From: a virus
Taxonomy: Duplodnaviria; Heunggongvirae; Uroviricota; Caudoviricetes
Length of the DNA stretch: 39,385 bases
Virus record (IMG/VR): IMGVR_UViG_2534681978_000021
Strand: one strand, 5' to 3'
Part shown: positions 36,009 to 39,385 of the stretch, piece after piece
Position numbering within the stretch: the stretch's first letter is position 1
Layout: the number at the start of each line of letters is the position of its first letter
Made by a program: the position numbers and the translations under genes
Notes under the pieces: model-generated
The model's database searches: none
Told to the model about the DNA's origin: nothing
Seen by the model: only the letters and a program-made list of their open reading frames with translations

Positions 36009-38099
36009 TCAGGCCAGTGGATCACTTTCTTTTAATTTTGCTTCGAGCAGTTGCAATCCCCGCTGGAAATTACGCTCGTATTCTTCATCAGGTTCATCGT
36101 CAGCGACCGGTTGCTGAACGGTCACCGTATTACCCACAGGGCGGTATATGTTTTCCAGCCATGGCTCCTGCGGCTTGTGCTCCAGCACGTTGACAACCTC
36201 ATCCTCGGCATCACGGATTTTTTCCTCTGCGCGTTTACGCATACCTTTAAGGCGCTGTTGCTGTTTGTAGTATTCCGCGCTGACCGGGAAGGCTTCGCGT
36301 TTATTGCCGTCCCATACCGCCTCGCAAATCACGCTGCCATCCGGGCGACGAACGGTAATTCGTTCGGCATCATGAATGTCATAGCTGATAAGCACCTTGC
36401 GGCCATGCTCATCACGCAGCTCGGGCGCGTAGTAAATATTGTTCAGCCAGCGTATTTCACAGCGTCTTACAGGGCGCTCCACCATCGGCCGGAACATGTC
36501 CCGCAATTCCACATCGGACAGCCATTCAATTTCCGTATCCTCTTCTGCCAGGCGTTTTTTTCTGAACTCCGCCGGGCTGTAATGCTTGCCGTTCGGCTTC
36601 ACCGGTAATTCATCGTGCGGCCGGTTGTTGTACCACTCAACACCGTCACGAATGGCATCAATCAGTTCAGACCAGGACGGTAAATCACGCATCGCTGACT
36701 GCTGCCGGGCGTTCAGCCGTTTGCCCTGTTGCAGGGCAGTAAATGCCGAGCGTAAATCGCGGTTGGTTTTACGTAACGTCTCGCGATCTGCACCTTTCCC
36801 GAAATAGGTGCGGTATCTGCGGGCTATGCGCATCGGTAATGTGCGGTTAAGCCGTTCGATAATGCCCCGTCCCTGCGGGTTACCGGCAATTCCGGTCGGG
36901 TGATTAATCCCCAGTCGCGGCAGTATCCCCACAATCTCTTTATCCAGGATGTCGGCCGTTTCCCCGGAGCCGTTATCCGAGTAATACAGAAACGGTTTGC
37001 CGTGATGGCGAATACCGTGCTGTATGGCGCCGGCTACGGCGAAAACATTTTCAGCCAGGTCAAGGCTCCAGCCCACCACAAAGCGCGTGCCACCGTCGAT
37101 AACAAAGGTCACTTCCGGTGCAAATGGCCGCCCGTGAACCGGGTGCCTGCATTTCAGCTTCATGCCGTGACCGTCACCAATCCAGACATAATTAACCGGC
37201 ATTTTTGACCAGTCGCGGCGCGTGAATCCCTCAAGCTGGCGGTATTCACTGCCGGTCACCCGGCCTTTTTGTTTCACCACTTCCGGCAATTTTTTCATTG
37301 CGCGGCGAATAGTGTCATAAGAGGGCATGATATCGAGCATATAAGGCTCATCAGCGTGCCGGTGCTGCCATTCGGCGACAAAATCCTCGTAAGCCTCGGT
37401 CATTGGTCGGCCGTTTGACTGGCGATACTGCGCCAGAAATTCGGGCAGCCAGTTAATATCTTCGGCTTTTATTTCCTGGCGTTTACCCGGTGCCAGTAAA
37501 AGCAGGCGTTCAGCGGCGTTCTGTGCCTTGTTAAAGGCCGCAATCCAGCGTTTCAGCGTGATTTCACTCAACGCGCGGCGGTTTCCCTTTTTGGCGTTCG
37601 CTGTCTCAACCATTGCCACAATGCGCTCGTCCAGTTGTGAGCGTGACAGACGGTCAACAATAAACCGGATAGCTTTAGCGCAGCTGAAACCGGGTTGTTG
37701 CGCGAATTTCAGCACCTCGCTGACAATCGCGATTCGTGCATCAGCCACCTGGCGCTGGTTTTCAGTCAGGGCATTGAGGCGTTCGACCATCAGTTGTGGT
37801 GAACCGCGATATGCCTCCACCGCATCAACCACGTCAGGTGAGCGTCTGGCCTTTGTCACCACCGGAGCCGGTGATTCGTCGGCTTTTTGCGTCATCAGTT
37901 GCAGGGCGTAGCGTTCACGCAATGCCTGCTGCGTCACTTCAGGTAAACAGTCGATGCTGTATTCAGTTGCTTTAGAGCCTGAGCGACGACGGGAACAACA
38001 GCTTTTCCCTTGTGCGTAACGTTGTAATGCCTGGCGAATACCTTTTGTTGTAGCAGGCATTCCGGGCGCGCCAATCAGTTCTTTTGCAATGACATACAT
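36009..38099 (-). CDS. A: DDE transposase (MuA-like)
   Basis: 696 aa between ner and B; candidate DDE residues in VWIGDGHGM, YYSDNGSGE and downstream E; N-terminal DNA-binding domain. Confidence 0.85.
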   Translation of the reverse strand: MYVIAKELIGAPGMPATTKGIRQALQRYAQGKSCCSRRRSGSKATEYSIDCLPEVTQQALRERYALQLMTQKADESPAPVVTKARRSPDVVDAVEAYRGSPQLMVERLNALTENQRQVADARIAIVSEVLKFAQQPGFSCAKAIRFIVDRLSRSQLDERIVAMVETANAKKGNRRALSEITLKRWIAAFNKAQNAAERLLLLAPGKRQEIKAEDINWLPEFLAQYRQSNGRPMTEAYEDFVAEWQHRHADEPYMLDIMPSYDTIRRAMKKLPEVVKQKGRVTGSEYRQLEGFTRRDWSKMPVNYVWIGDGHGMKLKCRHPVHGRPFAPEVTFVIDGGTRFVVGWSLDLAENVFAVAGAIQHGIRHHGKPFLYYSDNGSGETADILDKEIVGILPRLGINHPTGIAGNPQGRGIIERLNRTLPMRIARRYRTYFGKGADRETLRKTNRDLRSAFTALQQGKRLNARQQSAMRDLPSWSELIDAIRDGVEWYNNRPHDELPVKPNGKHYSPAEFRKKRLAEEDTEIEWLSDVELRDMFRPMVERPVRRCEIRWLNNIYYAPELRDEHGRKVLISYDIHDAERITVRRPDGSVICEAVWDGNKREAFPVSAEYYKQQQRLKGMRKRAEEKIRDAEDEVVNVLEHKPQEPWLENIYRPVGNTVTVQQPVADDEPDEEYERNFQRGLQLLEAKLKESDPLA

Positions 38100-38100
38100 A

Positions 38101-38349
38101 TCATGACGCCTTTCTCATATAGCTCTTAACCTGGTATCTACTGGGCCAGATTTCTTCAGGCGATACCCCAAGAGCATCAGCAATTATTTGCTGATACGGG
38201 CGGCAAGGAGTACGTAATACGCTTTTCAGCGAGTCCCTGCTGTAACCAGCCTTTAAAGATAAAGAGCGCAGTGATAAGCCAGCCATGTGTAGGCGCGCCT
38301 TGATGATTTCTGGCGGCCAATCGTGATCTGAAACTTCTCTTCTACTCAT
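38101..38349 (-). CDS. ner: Ner-like DNA-binding protein
   Basis: 82 aa, C-terminal IIADALGVSPEEIWPSRYQ matches Mu Ner IIANALETKPEVIWPSRYQ as recalled. Confidence 0.85.
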   Translation of the reverse strand: MSRREVSDHDWPPEIIKARLHMAGLSLRSLSLKAGYSRDSLKSVLRTPCRPYQQIIADALGVSPEEIWPSRYQVKSYMRKAS

Positions 38350-38538
38350 ACTTCCTCTATCCTAAAAAGTTACCCGCGCGGATATTCGTACGGATATCTG
38401 TACGGGTAAATAATGCATCACTAAAAATACCAAATCAAGGTATTTTTGGTATTTTCCTTGTTTTTTCTTTTATCCTTATTTTTCAATTGGATACACAGAA
38501 AGAAACCTTTCATTAGAAAAGCACCAAGAGGTATCTTT
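38350..38538. promoter_or_regulatory. divergent early-promoter/operator region between ner and c
   Basis: AT-rich; dyads TTACCCG..CGGGTAA (38374-38416) and ATACCAAA..TTTGGTAT (38423-38450). Confidence 0.5.
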
Positions 38539-39069
38539 ATGTCGCAGGGAAAAGAACCTGTTATTGAACGTATTGGGATGCTTACAAAACGCTATCCTTC
38601 AAGAAGTGCAGCTGCCAGAGCGTGGGGAATTAATATCAACACATTAAACAGCTATTTCAAGGGAGGGCAAACACAACCAGCCCCAAGAGAAAGCATTCTT
38701 ATACGAATTTCTAAAAGTGAAGGTGTTAGTCTTGAGTGGCTTAAAGAGGGCAAGGGAGAATCACCAAAAGACATTGGTATTTCTGGTGATTTTGGTTGTT
38801 CTGGTGATAAGGGAGATCAGCTTACACAGATGCTTTCATTCCTCACGAAAGACGAACGAGAACAACTAACCAATCTCCTTGCTCGCAAAGGTGTAGAGAC
38901 TGTTCTGACACTACTGGATAAAGAAAACCAGGATTTATTACAACTAGAGGGCAGGAAGCGCCTGGCTGCTTTGATGATTGTGGATATGCCTGACGATAGT
39001 GTCAGAGAGATTTTGGAAAAAACCGAGACAAGTAGGCAATCAAATCCGGTAGAATCTAAAGCGGGTTAG
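38539..39069 (+). CDS. c: repressor c-like protein
   Basis: 176 aa from ATG with AAGAGG RBS; transcribed divergently from ner toward the prophage end as in Mu; the ORF-track start at 38446 runs into the AT-rich operator. Confidence 0.6.
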   Translation: MSQGKEPVIERIGMLTKRYPSRSAAARAWGININTLNSYFKGGQTQPAPRESILIRISKSEGVSLEWLKEGKGESPKDIGISGDFGCSGDKGDQLTQMLSFLTKDEREQLTNLLARKGVETVLTLLDKENQDLLQLEGRKRLAALMIVDMPDDSVREILEKTETSRQSNPVESKAG

Positions 39070-39147
39070 TTTGGCGAGACTGGCCCGTATTTTAGTTACC
39101 ATATAGATTTAATGAAGTTTTAAACGCTTTAAAAGGTTTAGATCACA

Positions 39148-39310
39148 GTATCAAAAGTTTTGCCGATTTTAGAATAAACGATTAATTATTGCACAATCGG
39201 TATCAAATAGACTTTTCGCGCCCAGATTGAAATCACCTGTTTTATTTCAGTATCTTACAGGTGATTTCACCTCCTTTCACTAAAACCCTTGTCGGTATCA
39301 AATGATTCAC
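39148..39310. repeat. attL-side putative transposase-binding repeats (39148-39156, 39198-39207, 39293-39302)
   Basis: CGGTATCAAA x2 and AGTATCAAA; outermost site read as reverse complement (TGAATCATTTGATACCGACAA) resembles Mu L1; wide L1-L2 gap as in Mu attL. Confidence 0.6.
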
Positions 39311-39385
39311 CTGGTTATACTAACAGTATTCATAGCAGCGCAGACAGTGATTCTGGCGACAGCTATTTTCTGAATTTAAACAGTG

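Larger units (their letters stand above)
90..39310 (-). mobile_element. Mu-like transposable prophage, near-complete, inverted relative to window (attL/c-ner-A-B end at right, com-mom/attR end at left); boundaries approximate (+/- 20 bp)
   Basis: Mu-order gene content and synteny (c, ner, A, B, gam, gemA, Mor/C, lys, terminase, portal, F, G, I, T, sheath, tube, tape measure, baseplate, fibre, gin, com, mom) with terminal repeated TTTGATACCG motifs in inverted orientation at both ends. Confidence 0.85.

Noticed and set aside
38446-38538. Upstream extension of the repressor ORF (MVFSLFFLLSLFFNWIHRKK...)
   Set aside because: The extension runs through the AT-rich operator with no RBS; the ATG at 38539 has an AAGAGG RBS and gives a repressor-sized protein
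82-39336. Candidate 5-bp target duplication ATAGC (82-86 and 39332-39336)
   Set aside because: The implied termini would not be inverted repeats of each other and lack TG..CA; most likely a chance 5-mer match
1-39385. CRISPR arrays, rRNA, integrase or tRNA-adjacent attachment site
   Set aside because: No direct-repeat/spacer periodicity and no rRNA-like sequence; the element is bounded by transposase-binding repeats and encodes a DDE transposase, so no tyrosine/serine integrase is expected (Gin is the fibre invertase)

Overview
The window is almost entirely one Mu-like transposable prophage (about 39.2 kb, roughly 90..39310) lying in reverse orientation, with under 100 bp of host DNA on each side. 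Reading right to left: attL-side transposase-binding repeats, repressor c (+ strand), then on the minus strand ner, transposase A, B, a semi-essential early region including gam and gemA, a Mor/C-family activator, a holin-less lysis cassette (SAR endolysin, overlapping spanins), terminase, portal, head genes, tail and baseplate genes, a tail fibre with a Gin-invertible segment, gin, com-mom and the attR-side repeats. All calls rest on reading the six-frame translations and remembered family motifs; no database search was possible. Items that depart from the Mu blueprint: (1) a ~3.5 kb accessory island between gin and com carrying a 684-aa SGNH/sialate-O-acetylesterase-type esterase plus three small genes; (2) a ~1 kb low-GC cassette of small membrane proteins fused to the gemA operon; (3) an invertible tail-fibre segment with only one chaperone gene; (4) single-base frameshifts splitting portal, major capsid and tail sheath genes; (5) a short ORF that copies the C-terminal tail of the small terminase; (6) a tRNA-like sequence between head genes. 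Exact prophage termini (TG..CA ends, 5-bp target duplication) could not be pinned down.
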